Origin: Candidatus Calditenuaceae archaeon HR02
Lineage (GTDB): Archaea; Thermoproteota; Nitrososphaeria_A; Caldarchaeales; Calditenuaceae
Direction: 5' to 3'
Assembly (NCBI GenBank): GCA_002898395.1
Contig: BEHE01000012.1
Location: 1-64,000 of the forward strand
Length of the DNA: 64,000 nt
The notes beneath the pieces were generated by a model. It was not told the DNA's origin, searched no databases, and saw only the letters and a list, made by a program, of their open reading frames with translations. Shown one piece after another: positions 30,111 to 40,266 of the stretch (positions are counted from its first letter, which is position 1; each line of letters begins with the position of its first letter). Made by a program: the position numbers and the translations under genes.

Positions 30111-30808
30111 GGCTTATCTTCACCAACAGGCATGAAATAGTCGAGTATAGTGGTTATCCTACCCATGCTAGACTCTATAACCGCGTGCCTCTTAGCTGGG
30201 TATCTCCTCTCAGCATCCATTGAAATAAGCCTCCCATGAAGACCCATCCTAGATCCTGAGGTGATCAGGCAGTATGACCCCTCAACTCTCTTGATAACTC
30301 CCTTTACTTCCTGACTCGGCAACTCTATAACAAATGTGTCTCCAGTCCTTATTGAACTGACCTCTGAGCTGTTGGGTGGGAACTGCAGGTTTCTGCCATC
30401 GTGGAGAGTAAACTGGATATTGCCACCCTTTACGTGCTGTTTACGCTTCACTTGGCAGGGCTTAACCTTTGCCTCATCATCACCTATCTCTAAGAGCTCA
30501 AGCCCCCTTTTGAAGCGTGGTAGGACACGATAGTTTTTTCCAACCGAAGGGACCGTAATTACATCCATAAGCCCTACACCGAACCTTGGCTCGGTTATAA
30601 CTTCTCCATCCACTAGGATCTTGCCTAAGTGGACGATTTTCTTCGCTTCCGCATAAGTTGCCGCAAAACCCAGATAATCTCTGACTATAACCGCGAGCGG
30701 GATGGACTCCTCTAGCGGGTGCCTGCCGGGTTCTGGCCTCGGGGCGAACTTGTATCCCTTTCTAGGAATTTTGTAAATACTTGGTGCGGCAAGTCTCTTC
30801 AGATGCAT
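30092..30808 (-). CDS. rps4e: 30S ribosomal protein S4e
   Basis: MHLKRLAAP, GLMDVI, LHDGRN. Confidence 0.96.
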   Translation of the reverse strand: MHLKRLAAPSIYKIPRKGYKFAPRPEPGRHPLEESIPLAVIVRDYLGFAATYAEAKKIVHLGKILVDGEVITEPRFGVGLMDVITVPSVGKNYRVLPRFKRGLELLEIGDDEAKVKPCQVKRKQHVKGGNIQFTLHDGRNLQFPPNSSEVSSIRTGDTFVIELPSQEVKGVIKRVEGSYCLITSGSRMGLHGRLISMDAERRYPAKRHAVIESSMGRITTILDYFMPVGEDKPWIALF

Positions 30809-30813
30809 GCCGT

Positions 30814-31182
30814 CTATCCCTCTCCCAACTTCTCTTTCCTAAGCCTGTCGTCGAGATTTAAAGCTACAATCATTAGGTTTGACACATGGACGGGTATGTC
30901 CACGACCCTTCCATCTGCACGCTTCCTCGTAAGCCCCTCAATATACACTAATTGCCTCTCCCTATTGACTCTTTTAACCTTTCCTTGGACACCATCATAC
31001 TCCCCCCTCATCACCTTCACCGTATCCCCTACCCTGAGTGGGAGAGATCTCCTCCCATACTTTGTCCTCAGTTCAGGAGCTAGGTGAGCAGACATTAGCT
31101 TGGGGAGAACATGCTTCGGAGCATCACGTAACATGAGCCTCTGCTTGGAAGGATCCTTCGGCCGGGACACCTGCTTCATCAT
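30814..31182 (-). CDS. rpl24: 50S ribosomal protein L24
   Basis: LPLRVGDTVKVMRG, PVHVSNLMI; start at MMKQ after GGTGAGG. Confidence 0.95.
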   Translation of the reverse strand: MMKQVSRPKDPSKQRLMLRDAPKHVLPKLMSAHLAPELRTKYGRRSLPLRVGDTVKVMRGEYDGVQGKVKRVNRERQLVYIEGLTRKRADGRVVDIPVHVSNLMIVALNLDDRLRKEKLGEG

Positions 31183-31190
31183 CCTCACCG

Positions 31191-31625
31191 TCACACTATT
31201 ATTGACGCTATATTTGCTATCTTTGACCACCGTTCAGCCGCCTCTCTGGCAACCGGTCCCTTAATCTCCGACCCCTTTACATCGCCCTCGGGTGTCACAA
31301 GGACAGCAGCGGTATCCTCGAAGGCAATCCAAGTCCCATCCGGGCGCCTATAGGGCTTCTTCTGCCTAATTATGACCGCGTGCATAACCTTCTTCCTCAA
31401 GTCTATAGGCCCTTTCTTTACAGTTACGGCTACCAAGTCACCTACCCCTGCAGCCGGTTGCCTTCGAAGCCTCTGCTTAAGACCAATCACCTGGATGACT
31501 TTGAGAACCTGCGCTCCCGTGTTATCCGCGCACAGCACGTAAGCCCCCTTATTAATGGTTCTAGGGATGTTCGGTCTCCGAAGCAGAACACCTACCTCAG
31601 CAACAGCCCTGGATCTCTTAGACAT
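31191..31625 (-). CDS. rpl14: 50S ribosomal protein L14
   Basis: CADNTGA, KGSEIKGPVAREAAERW. Confidence 0.96.
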   Translation of the reverse strand: MSKRSRAVAEVGVLLRRPNIPRTINKGAYVLCADNTGAQVLKVIQVIGLKQRLRRQPAAGVGDLVAVTVKKGPIDLRKKVMHAVIIRQKKPYRRPDGTWIAFEDTAAVLVTPEGDVKGSEIKGPVAREAAERWSKIANIASIIV

Positions 31626-31970
31626 TTACCCACCCCTCCCGAGGTTTTCTATAACTACAAAACTAATTGTCTTAGAAATTGGCCTAGTCTCAGCAATCTT
31701 CACTACGTCGCCCACTTCCACGTTAATGCAGGGTGGTAGATGTGCCGGGATTCTTGACCGTCTCCTCATATACCTCTTGTACTTCTTGACGTAAATAGTT
31801 ATGATCCTCTCCACGACTATTGCCCTATGCATTAACTTTTTATGAACCCTCCCAGTAAGAAGGATACCCCTCACCCTAAGTGAGCCGTGAAACGGACAGT
31901 CCTTGTCGTTACACTCCCCCTGTGGGGGCTTAACTTCGATGCCTATGTTCGCCACTTGTCTCCCAGACAT
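31626..31970 (-). CDS. rps17: 30S ribosomal protein S17
   Basis: CNDKDCPFHG, ETRPISKT. Confidence 0.96.
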   Translation of the reverse strand: MSGRQVANIGIEVKPPQGECNDKDCPFHGSLRVRGILLTGRVHKKLMHRAIVVERIITIYVKKYKRYMRRRSRIPAHLPPCINVEVGDVVKIAETRPISKTISFVVIENLGRGG

Positions 31971-32035
31971 CTCCTCTCAGCCAGCCTTTTACAAATCAGA
32001 ACGATATCCGTTTTAATAAGGATAAACGCTGTGCT

Positions 32036-32320
32036 CTACCCCCTTGAGGATCGTTTATGCCAATTATGTCGAATTCGTTTAAGGCTCTGTGCCGGCATTC
32101 CCGACAGCGCCTCCCCATTAGCTACCCATCTCTCCCCCTCTCTCACAATCTCGAACAGATGTTCTTTCTTCGGTATTCGCTTCAGGCCCTTCGGAGTACG
32201 TATTAAAACCGTGTTTGCGGTCTCACCTATTATCAGGCCTTCTAAACGAGTACCGTCAGACTTTTTTATCACCATGCAGTGGTATCCAACTAGTGAAACG
32301 ATCCTTTTATTTCTTCTCAA
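32036..32320 (-). CDS. rnp1: ribonuclease P protein subunit Rpp29/Pop4
   Basis: GLIIGETANT...IPK; canonical position between rpl29 and rps17. Confidence 0.85.
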   Translation of the reverse strand: MRRNKRIVSLVGYHCMVIKKSDGTRLEGLIIGETANTVLIRTPKGLKRIPKKEHLFEIVREGERWVANGEALSGMPAQSLKRIRHNWHKRSSRG

Positions 32321-32519
32321 GCTGTTTTTCGTTAAGTATTGTTAGTATCCTCGCTATTCTTCGCTTAAGATTTCGGATGTTTGAGGTGTTTTCGCCTTGA
32401 CCAGCCATCTGTAGCTTGACTTTGAGGTTGCGGAGTTCTGTCCGCGCAGCATCTAGCTCCTCCCTTAGCTCATCGACACTCTTCTCCCTTAGCTCCTTAA
32501 CCTCTCTTACCATACTCAC
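32307..32519 (-). CDS. rpl29: 50S ribosomal protein L29
   Basis: IRNLKRRIARILTILNE. Confidence 0.93.
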   Translation of the reverse strand: MSMVREVKELREKSVDELREELDAARTELRNLKVKLQMAGQGENTSNIRNLKRRIARILTILNEKQLEKK

Positions 32520-32534
32520 TCACCACCAGCATAC

Positions 32535-33158
32535 TCACTCACCACCAGTCTCCTCCACTTCCTTTTTCACAGATACAGAGACTTGCTCGGGTAGTGGGGC
32601 GTCAGGCGGATAGATTTTAACCTTCACACCGTATATTCCAGTAGCAAGTTGTACGTGGGCTATCCCGACTCGCACATACTTTGCAAACTCACCGGACTTG
32701 GGCATGAATCCGGCGGTGAATTTTTCAGACCTTGAGCGCGCAGAGGTTAGCTTACCAGATATTATTGTCTCTGCCCCAATCGCTCCAGCATCCATTATCC
32801 TTCTCAAAGCCCAGAAGGCAACTCTCCGCCATCTGACTCCGCTCGCTATGGCCTGCGCTATCCTCTGGGCCATAACCTCAGGGTTAAGCTCAGGGACCTC
32901 GATCTCAGAGACAGAAATCTGGACATTCTCAAGACCAAACCTCCTCTCCACCTCCTCTTGGAGAGATTTAATCGTTTTCCCGCGCGTTCCTATAACGAGC
33001 CCAGGCTTCATACAGTAGATTAAGATGTTTGTCCCGACTGGTGAGGTGGTTATTGATACGTCGCCAATGAGGGCGTCTTTTAGACGGTTCTTGATGAACT
33101 CTATCACTTCACTACGCTTGATGTTCTTCTGGAGGATCTTCGCCGTTGTAGTGACCAA
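32535..33158 (-). CDS. rps3: 30S ribosomal protein S3
   Basis: KPGLVIGTRG, GAETIISGKL, GIYGVKVKI; TTG start after GGAGGTGG. Confidence 0.95.
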   Translation of the reverse strand: MVTTTAKILQKNIKRSEVIEFIKNRLKDALIGDVSITTSPVGTNILIYCMKPGLVIGTRGKTIKSLQEEVERRFGLENVQISVSEIEVPELNPEVMAQRIAQAIASGVRWRRVAFWALRRIMDAGAIGAETIISGKLTSARSRSEKFTAGFMPKSGEFAKYVRVGIAHVQLATGIYGVKVKIYPPDAPLPEQVSVSVKKEVEETGGE

Positions 33159-33213
33159 TCCACCTCCTTGAGCAATTCTTACTCTATTTAAGGATTGATC
33201 CACCAGTAATGGT

Positions 33214-33672
33214 TTAAGGGGTCTGAACCGCCGCTATCTCGATGTGTACGAGTGTTCTATTATGTGGTGTTGCCCTGCCAAAAGCTCTGGGGAAAAACTT
33301 CTTCACCACCCTCCCCTTATGTGCCTGAGCGTGCACCAGCACTAGCCGGTCAGTGTCGAGGCCCTTAAACTCCGCATTAGCCTCTAAAGAGTCTAAAAGT
33401 TTGAGTAGATGTTTCGCAACCTTGACAGGATACCCTCCAGGCCCCTTTGTCTGCGAGTGGTGTGCCCTCAGCTTCCTATATCTCCTGTAAGGTATCATTC
33501 TCTTTCTGTTCACCACATCCTCAAGAAGCCTCCGAGCGTCTTGAAGCCTCATTCCTCTTATTGCAGCGCACACCTCCCTGCTCCACTTCGGAGACAAATC
33601 AACCTCTCTGAGGGAGGCTTTAACCGAGGTGGCGGGGTCCAGTCCTTTGACGGAATATTCCCACTGTGGCAT
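33214..33672 (-). CDS. rpl22: 50S ribosomal protein L22
   Basis: SPKWSREVC, YPVKVA, PRAFGRA. Confidence 0.95.
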   Translation of the reverse strand: MPQWEYSVKGLDPATSVKASLREVDLSPKWSREVCAAIRGMRLQDARRLLEDVVNRKRMIPYRRYRKLRAHHSQTKGPGGYPVKVAKHLLKLLDSLEANAEFKGLDTDRLVLVHAQAHKGRVVKKFFPRAFGRATPHNRTLVHIEIAAVQTP

Positions 33673-33735
33673 CTTCTGGGCACCCAATTCGTTGAAGCAA
33701 TATAAAAATTATACTCCGCGTCTTTCCGAAGATAG

Positions 33736-34626
33736 TTGAAGACAGAGCTAAGGAAGTACGTTATAGATGAATTTAGCGACTACCTCATCTATAAGTCTCT
33801 AGCAGAGGTGGAGAGGGATGCTTCCCGTAGAGAGATACTTTCAAACCTCTCCAAAAAAGAGTATGAGCATTATATGTTCTGGCTTCAACTTACAAATTAT
33901 CAGCCTAAGCCACCATCAGGGGTAAGGATCGGGCTAATGGTAGTTCTTAGAAGACTGTTGGGCTTGGTCTTCATAGCAAGGCTTCTGGAGAGACATGAGA
34001 GATCGGTAGTTAGGTGGTATCGAGAGCTCAGCGATGCCCTCCCCGCTAAGGAGAGGGAGACGCTCTTCCACATAATGAGGGAAGAGGAGGAGCAGGAAAG
34101 GATGCTCATCGGGCAGATTGAAGAGACCGTTATCAAATACTTGGGCTACGTGGTTTTGGGTCTTGCAGACGCCATAATCGAGCTCAGTGGGGTTCATGCA
34201 GGCTTCTTGGGCGCCACCAACGTAACAATTCTGGCAGGCATGGCCGGTATCGTCGTCGGTTTTGCAGCCTCAATATCAATGGCAGTAGCTGTATACCTTC
34301 AAGCAAAGCAAACTCCAACCATAGTTCCATTCAAGGCTGCAATACTAACAGGCATAACATACGTTTCAACAGTCATCCTCCAGGCCCTGCCTTTCTTCCT
34401 GACATCCGACATATTCACCGCATTTACAGCCTCCATAGCAGTCTCAATAACTCTGATAGCTGGCTTCACATATTATGGGGCTGTAGTGCGAGATGCAGAC
34501 GCGCGCAGGGAAATCATTACGAATGTAGCGTTAACACTTGGCACTGCCGCAGCAACGTATCTATTTGGTGAACTACTATCGACTTGGCTAGGGATAAAAT
34601 CACTTTACGGAAGATATACAACCTAA
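33736..34626 (+). CDS. rubrerythrin-like + VIT1/CCC1 iron transporter fusion
   Basis: N-terminal ExxH ferritin-like helices, then VLGLADAIIE...ASISMA VIT1 domain. Confidence 0.85.
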   Translation: MKTELRKYVIDEFSDYLIYKSLAEVERDASRREILSNLSKKEYEHYMFWLQLTNYQPKPPSGVRIGLMVVLRRLLGLVFIARLLERHERSVVRWYRELSDALPAKERETLFHIMREEEEQERMLIGQIEETVIKYLGYVVLGLADAIIELSGVHAGFLGATNVTILAGMAGIVVGFAASISMAVAVYLQAKQTPTIVPFKAAILTGITYVSTVILQALPFFLTSDIFTAFTASIAVSITLIAGFTYYGAVVRDADARREIITNVALTLGTAAATYLFGELLSTWLGIKSLYGRYTT

Positions 34627-34646
34627 ACAATATTCTCTATGCCTCT

Positions 34647-35486
34647 TTAGTTGGTTCCATAGGAGTCGATCTCTATTCTACTTCGCCCTACACCGCCTTT
34701 TTCAATCTTCTGTATCATACCATCCTGACCTAGCTGCCTATCACCTGCGATAAACTTTGCCCCGCCGCATATCCCATACCAAGCATCCCTCCATTTCTCC
34801 ACCCGCGATGCAATATCGCTAAACTCTAGCCGCCTGCCAAGCAGGAAATCAACCCTATCCTTTAGCTCGTCCCTTACACTACAGACCGATTCGTAGAGCT
34901 CTGTTTTAGCGATCTCATGCTCCCTAGTGAAGTTTAAGAGCAGCCTGAGCCGGGGGTACTCCTCCAGTAGGGTAGGCAACAGTTGGCGGTAAATCAAGTC
35001 ATTACGTGTACGGTTTACATAGAATAGCCAGATATCTATGTCCAAGCCTGTATCTATTGCGTATTCTATGAAGCAGCGGAAGGGCACTATTCCGCTCGAG
35101 GATGCGAGAAATACAAGTGTGTCGAGCTCCTTGTTTTCAATCATTTTTAGGGGCTTGCTTAAGAAACGTCCATAGGGTCCTTCAATAACATACTGGTCGC
35201 CGACCCTTGCCTGGGATAGAAAGTAGGGTGCGAACTGTCCTTGTTCGCTCTTAATCGTAAGCTCCATATACCCTTTCCTCGTGGGCGGAGAGGCTATCGA
35301 GTAGAGCCTAAAGTCGTTTTTCTTAAAAGGTGTGTCGAAGTAGAGTTTTACATCTTGTCCAGGCAGGTATGGGAAAATTTCTTGGTTTAGCGCGCTCACA
35401 AACTTATAGGTTTTGCATACGTCAGTCTCATCCCTAATCTCGACAACGGCCATAACTAGTCGGGTAGTCTTTAAAGAAGGCTCCAA
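34647..35486 (-). CDS. ferredoxin-NADP reductase-like FAD/NAD(P)-binding oxidoreductase
   Basis: PGQ, RLYSIAS, EGPYG, SSSGIVPF, ICGG. Confidence 0.82.
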   Translation of the reverse strand: MEPSLKTTRLVMAVVEIRDETDVCKTYKFVSALNQEIFPYLPGQDVKLYFDTPFKKNDFRLYSIASPPTRKGYMELTIKSEQGQFAPYFLSQARVGDQYVIEGPYGRFLSKPLKMIENKELDTLVFLASSSGIVPFRCFIEYAIDTGLDIDIWLFYVNRTRNDLIYRQLLPTLLEEYPRLRLLLNFTREHEIAKTELYESVCSVRDELKDRVDFLLGRRLEFSDIASRVEKWRDAWYGICGGAKFIAGDRQLGQDGMIQKIEKGGVGRSRIEIDSYGTN

Positions 35487-35577
35487 CTCTCGGCTAAAAG
35501 AGTGTTGTAGTGTTATATTAGCTATAAATTACGAGGCATTAGAAAAATATTTTTGAAGCCTTAGCCCACCTCTAGAA

Positions 35578-36069
35578 ATGTTGGCTCGGGGCGTGGGTAG
35601 ATCTTCAGTTTTCCAAACACTGAAGGTAATGCTGACTCCTGGGAGATATGGTCTTGAGAGGTGGAGCTACGTGTTGCAGCGGGTGAGCGGGGTGGTGGTC
35701 TCACTATATTTCATAGCCCACGTGTTAGAGACAGGGAATTTTGTCGGCGGAATTACTGTCTGGGGCGTCCCCGAATATAGCTTTGCTGAGAGGGCTTATG
35801 AGGAGACTGTCAAACTACTGAAAAATCCTGTATTTGACGTGGGACTTGCCGTGATAGGCTTTTTAGTGGCCCTCCACACAATAAACGGTATCCGATTAAT
35901 ACTGGCCCATTTTGGCTTCTCTCTAGGTCGCCCGAGGAGGCCGGAGCCCTTCTCGCCTCCGCCCTCATTTAGCACCAAGCAGAGGGCGATATTCTGGCTA
36001 AGCATATCACTGGCCGTCTTCGCTCTCTTGTATACTCTGGACTCGCTGATGAGGGTGTTCAGGCCGTGA
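35578..36069 (+). CDS. sdhC: succinate dehydrogenase cytochrome b subunit
   Basis: LQRVSG, HTINGIR; 3 TM helices; upstream of sdhD/sdhB. Confidence 0.85.
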   Translation: MLARGVGRSSVFQTLKVMLTPGRYGLERWSYVLQRVSGVVVSLYFIAHVLETGNFVGGITVWGVPEYSFAERAYEETVKLLKNPVFDVGLAVIGFLVALHTINGIRLILAHFGFSLGRPRRPEPFSPPPSFSTKQRAIFWLSISLAVFALLYTLDSLMRVFRP

Positions 36070-36431
36070 AAGAGCGCGACCTGATGCTTCTCCACTACAT
36101 CACTGGAATAGGGATACTCGTCTTCGGGTCAATTCATATTGCTACTGTCTTCCTCACGTATCCTTTCCAAGGCACTATCTGGGAGACGACTCTTAGATTT
36201 GACTCCATCCCCTACGCAATATTGCCAGTGTACAGAAATGCATTATTAGCGGCATCCCTATTCGGCCTACTACTCTGCACAACAATCCATGCGATGAATG
36301 GTCTTAGATCGATCATAGCTGAGCTGATAGGTGCTAGGAAGAGGTGGGTGGAAACCCTGTTGGTCGCGGTAGGTGCTTTCTTACTGGTGTATGGCACGAG
36401 GACGATCCTAATAGCAAATGCGCTGGTGTGA
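36066..36431 (+). CDS. sdhD: succinate dehydrogenase membrane anchor subunit
   Basis: HYITG, IHAMNGLRSII. Confidence 0.8.
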   Translation: MKERDLMLLHYITGIGILVFGSIHIATVFLTYPFQGTIWETTLRFDSIPYAILPVYRNALLAASLFGLLLCTTIHAMNGLRSIIAELIGARKRWVETLLVAVGAFLLVYGTRTILIANALV

Positions 36432-36435
36432 GGGT

Positions 36436-37149
36436 TTGGTGGAAAGGGTGAAGTTCAGGGTTTTTAGGTATCGGCCCGAGGACGGGGGGAGGGGCATTTA
36501 CAGGGAATATGAAGTCCCCGTAAAGAAAGGCATGACAATCCTCGACGGCCTTATCTATATAAAGGAAAATTTGGATCCCACACTCTCGGTGAGATACTCT
36601 TGCAGGATGGCGATATGCGGTTCGTGTGGCGTGAGGGTTAACGCGATTGAGACGCTGGCCTGCCATACACAGATTCTGGAGCTTAGGCGGAGACTTATAA
36701 CGGTTGAGCCCATGCGTAACTATCCCCTCATAAAAGATCTTGTAACCGATATGGCACCCCTATTCAGAAAGCAGAAGGCCTTGATGACATGGCTGATCAG
36801 GCAGGATACAGAAGAGCAGGAAAACCCGACGAGACAGTATCTCCAGAGCGAGGAGGAGCTAGAGAGATACCTCCAATTCACTTACTGTATCCAGTGTGGG
36901 CTCTGTTACTCTGCTTGTCCCGTCGTATCGACTTTCCCAGATTTCTATGGGCCACAGCCCCTCATGAAAGCCTACAGGTATTATGCCGACAGTAGGGATG
37001 AGGGGGGAGTGGTGAGGACCCGCCTCGTCGATAGATTTGAAGGGGTTTGGAGATGCCACTTTGCAGGCTCTTGCAGCGCAGTATGTCCCAAAGGGGTTGA
37101 CCCTGCCCTTGCTATACAGCTTTTGAGGCGGGCTGCTTTGAAGGGCTAA
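36436..37149 (+). CDS. sdhB: succinate dehydrogenase Fe-S subunit
   Basis: SCRMAICGSC, CIQCGLCYSACP, CHFAGSCSAVCP. Confidence 0.95.
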   Translation: MVERVKFRVFRYRPEDGGRGIYREYEVPVKKGMTILDGLIYIKENLDPTLSVRYSCRMAICGSCGVRVNAIETLACHTQILELRRRLITVEPMRNYPLIKDLVTDMAPLFRKQKALMTWLIRQDTEEQENPTRQYLQSEEELERYLQFTYCIQCGLCYSACPVVSTFPDFYGPQPLMKAYRYYADSRDEGGVVRTRLVDRFEGVWRCHFAGSCSAVCPKGVDPALAIQLLRRAALKG

Positions 37150-37195
37150 GTTTCAGAAAGTCTTTAAGCAGGATGTTGTATTTTAGTCACTGATC

Positions 37196-37645
37196 TTGAG
37201 ACAGGTTTATGTGGGTGATAAGCCTGTAGCTTATCGTGAGGCGGTAGCGGAAGGTTATATCAGGCTACGGAGAGAGACAATTGATAAGATACTCTCAGGC
37301 GAAGTTGAAAAGGGTGACCCCCTAACCGTAGCCAGGCTAGCCGGAGTTGTGGGTGCTAAGACTACGTCTCAAATACTCCTTCTATGCCATAATATCCGGA
37401 TAGAGGCGGTTGAGCTAGATGCTTGGATCGAGAAAGAGTCTCAGCGCATCGGTGTTAGGGCCAGAGTGAAGACGCATGAGAAAACCGGTGTAGAGATGGA
37501 GGCACTTACGGCAGTCGTGACCGCCCTACTGAACATCTGGGACACTGTTAAACAGTATGAAAAGGATGAGAACGGGCAGTACCCCACCACCCTCATCGAG
37601 ACCATAAAAGTTGTCTCAAAAATAAAGGGTGGGGGGAGCGGTTGA
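37196..37645 (+). CDS. moaC: cyclic pyranopterin monophosphate synthase
   Basis: KGDPL, LCHNI, TGVEMEALT, WDTVK. Confidence 0.93.
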   Translation: MRQVYVGDKPVAYREAVAEGYIRLRRETIDKILSGEVEKGDPLTVARLAGVVGAKTTSQILLLCHNIRIEAVELDAWIEKESQRIGVRARVKTHEKTGVEMEALTAVVTALLNIWDTVKQYEKDENGQYPTTLIETIKVVSKIKGGGSG

Positions 37646-38424
37646 GGCTGATAGTATTGGGGGCAGGCTCAATAGTGCCAACCCCTTACAGATTTGGCTC
37701 CGGACACTATGTCGAGGCTGGAGAAATCAAGCTCCTACTTGACTGTGGACCAGGTGTTCTCGAGAAGATGAGGAGCCTATCTTTATCCCCGTTTAAGCTG
37801 ACGGCCGTCCTTCTCACACACTTTCACATCGACCATGTATCCGACATCTTCCCCCTTCTGAAGTTGCGCGCATTCACGCCTGAGGGGCTCCCCAACAGGT
37901 CGCCTGATGAGTTAAGAATCTTTGGGCCAAGGGGGCTTAAGAGGTTTTTAGGAACATTGATAGATAATAACGAGTTCTTCTCGTATGTGAAGACTCTGAT
38001 GAGGTATGAGTCATACACAAGTCTAGAAGAGGTTGAGCCGTGGGGCGTTTATGAATTTGGAGGTGTTCGCTTGACCTCGGCGCCAGCTAAACATGATGGT
38101 GGGGTGGCATATAGGATTGATTTTGGAGGGGTGTCGCTAGTCTATTCAGGCGACACTGCATATAGCGAAGATCTAGTTAAACTTGCTAAGGGTGTAGACG
38201 TGTTAGTTCATGAATGTTCATTCCCCCACGAAAGGATAGTGGGGCAGCACGTATCAGAGGTAGAGCTTGCTCGAATAGTGGCTCAAGTGAGGCCCGAGAC
38301 AGTAGTTGTGACGCACCTGTACCCTATCTGGGAGGGAGAGGAGCATAAGTTGGTGAGTACATTGGAGCAGAGTTACCGGTGCAGAGTTGTAGTAGCGAGA
38401 AACGGAACTGAGCTCACTATCTAG
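37642..38424 (+). CDS. MBL-fold hydrolase, RNase Z-like
   Basis: LDCG, THFHIDH, YSGDT, HECSF, THLYP. Confidence 0.85.
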   Translation: MRLIVLGAGSIVPTPYRFGSGHYVEAGEIKLLLDCGPGVLEKMRSLSLSPFKLTAVLLTHFHIDHVSDIFPLLKLRAFTPEGLPNRSPDELRIFGPRGLKRFLGTLIDNNEFFSYVKTLMRYESYTSLEEVEPWGVYEFGGVRLTSAPAKHDGGVAYRIDFGGVSLVYSGDTAYSEDLVKLAKGVDVLVHECSFPHERIVGQHVSEVELARIVAQVRPETVVVTHLYPIWEGEEHKLVSTLEQSYRCRVVVARNGTELTI

Positions 38425-38953
38425 GCCGTGCCGACCTGTCAAATTGCGGTAGCCTTACACCGCGCTGGCCCTGGTATTTGCCTCGATAGGGCTTCTCAAC
38501 CTCTGAGGTGAGCTTGGCAAATACAAGGTGGATGAACCTTTCCCCAGCTCTGAGCTTCACTGGAAACTCGCTTCCTATCATCTCTATCGTTAACTGCCCC
38601 TCAAAATTGGCGTCTACAATCGTAGGAGGGAGAGAAAGTCCTAGACGGGCATAACTGCTCCTCAAGTTTACGAACCCCATTATGTCCTTGGGGAGGGAGA
38701 GATATTCAATTGTGTGTAGCAAGACGTGTTCATGGGGGTTTATCAGGAAAGTATCTCCCCTCTCGATTATGTAGAAGTCTTCGGGACTATTTTCTTGGGG
38801 GTCCAAGACTTCCTGAGTCTTCTTTAACCTCCCAATCTCAAAGCCAATACGTAGGTCGAGACCATTCTCCCTAACGATGTCTTCGCTGAGCGGCTCCACC
38901 TTTAGTCTCCCGCTCCGTATGTAGTTCCAGAGGTCAAAGTCGGAGAGTATCAC
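38417..38953 (-). CDS. dcd: dCTP deaminase
   Basis: [28 protein letters not shown]. Confidence 0.93.
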   Translation of the reverse strand: MILSDFDLWNYIRSGRLKVEPLSEDIVRENGLDLRIGFEIGRLKKTQEVLDPQENSPEDFYIIERGDTFLINPHEHVLLHTIEYLSLPKDIMGFVNLRSSYARLGLSLPPTIVDANFEGQLTIEMIGSEFPVKLRAGERFIHLVFAKLTSEVEKPYRGKYQGQRGVRLPQFDRSARPR

Positions 38954-39018
38954 GCAACATACAATTCAAGGCCCCTAAATTAACCCTAACCCTACATCAC
39001 ACGAACCTAGCAATCTCT

Positions 39019-39417
39019 TCATGTCCCTATTACTTGCTGCTTATCAGAGGAGCGGTCGGCATAGTGTCTCGAGACACTTCTTGGCTTAAGAGCCTCACAC
39101 AGGTAATCAAAAGCCTTAAAGGGATCGCTCTTATCCCCACACGTGAATATATCCAGCGTAGCATACTTGTAACCCGGCCAAGTATGGAGGGCCAAGTGGC
39201 TCTCTACCACCAGAGCGATCACGGAAACTCCCCCCTTCTCACCCCCAAACCTCCACCCCCTCAACTCAACCAGCGTCATCTTAGCTATCTTTGATGCCTC
39301 TGAGACCAGCTTCTTCAATAGCCGGAGATCGCCTAGTATGTCTGGGTCACACTCATATAGATTGCCGTAGACGTGCTTTCCGACCACGCCTATTTCCGAT
39401 TTCTGCTCAACCTGCAT
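39019..39417 (-). CDS. speD: pyruvoyl-dependent S-adenosylmethionine (or arginine) decarboxylase proenzyme
   Basis: GVSVIALVVESHLALHTWP, DIFTCG. Confidence 0.88.
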   Translation of the reverse strand: MQVEQKSEIGVVGKHVYGNLYECDPDILGDLRLLKKLVSEASKIAKMTLVELRGWRFGGEKGGVSVIALVVESHLALHTWPGYKYATLDIFTCGDKSDPFKAFDYLCEALKPRSVSRHYADRSSDKQQVIGT

Positions 39418-39897
39418 TTCTCAAGGATTCGCTGTAAAAGATATTGATAAAGTTGTTGAGCTCATCGATCCGGACTGTCAATCAACTCCCCAACTCACTA
39501 TCATGTGCAGTCGATTTTTTTCAAAAAAAGACGTTAATCACCTAAAAAATACGGTTTTAATTCCCTCCATAAGGGGGTGAACAAGCTCGTATTGGTTTGG
39601 CCATACCGAGGACAGAAATGTTTAACATAAAACTTACAAGGTAAACCTTATACAAATGCCACTAATATGCGGAACCGTTGGAAACCTCTAATAATTCAGA
39701 AAAAAATGAAAACGACCAACTACACACCCAGTATATATATGGGTTCACCTCTAACATCTCAAAACAATTTGTGATACTACGCGTCCATCTCTAAAATCTC
39801 GAACCACGCGCCGTATCTTCAAGATAAAGCAGGAGCTACAATACGGATCGGTGGGAGAATATGTACGTGGAATCGGATCTCAGTTTTTTCTGTGATT

Positions 39898-39919
39898 GTT
39901 TTACGTTGTAAGGTAAAAC
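39898..39919. promoter_or_regulatory. palindromic operator-like site upstream of the 39950 ORF
   Basis: GTTTTAC-N8-GTAAAAC; related inverted site CTTACAAGGTAAA at 39633-39645. Confidence 0.4.
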
Positions 39920-39949
39920 TTTTAACAGAGCTCGCGTGTTTATTGGTGA

Positions 39950-40216
39950 GTGGCATTGGCGGGGAAGGGTCGGATTGTGCAGAGGAGGAAGATTGTGGTG
40001 GATAAGAAGGCTCTTGTTTTGGCGAGACAGGCTGCGAGGCGTCAGCCTAGGATTACTTTTTATTCACCTCTAAGCTCGCTTGTTCTTAACTATCTGAAGA
40101 ATGTGACTCCTAGGTTTAGTATTAGTGATGAGGTTTCGAGGATTGTTGAGTCTGAGCTGGCTAGGCGTTATCCAGAACTTGTAAGTGCGGCTCGGAGGTC
40201 TCTTCGACTCTCCTAG
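39950..40216 (+). CDS. small basic protein, possible ribbon-helix-helix DNA-binding protein
   Basis: 88 aa, Arg/Lys-rich N-terminus; strand RITFYS followed by two amphipathic helices. Confidence 0.6.
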   Translation: MALAGKGRIVQRRKIVVDKKALVLARQAARRQPRITFYSPLSSLVLNYLKNVTPRFSISDEVSRIVESELARRYPELVSAARRSLRLS

Positions 40217-40266
40217 ACTGGTTAAGGGTATAAAAGCTGCTACCTCGGGTAGGGTTTTTAGGGGAT

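Noticed and set aside
39620-39650. TTTAACATAA matching a XerD-type dif arm
   Set aside because: No second arm at the 6-bp spacing
39670-39690. CCGTTGGAAAC resembling a mini-ORB
   Set aside because: Single weak match, no G-string, no adjacent cdc6/orc1
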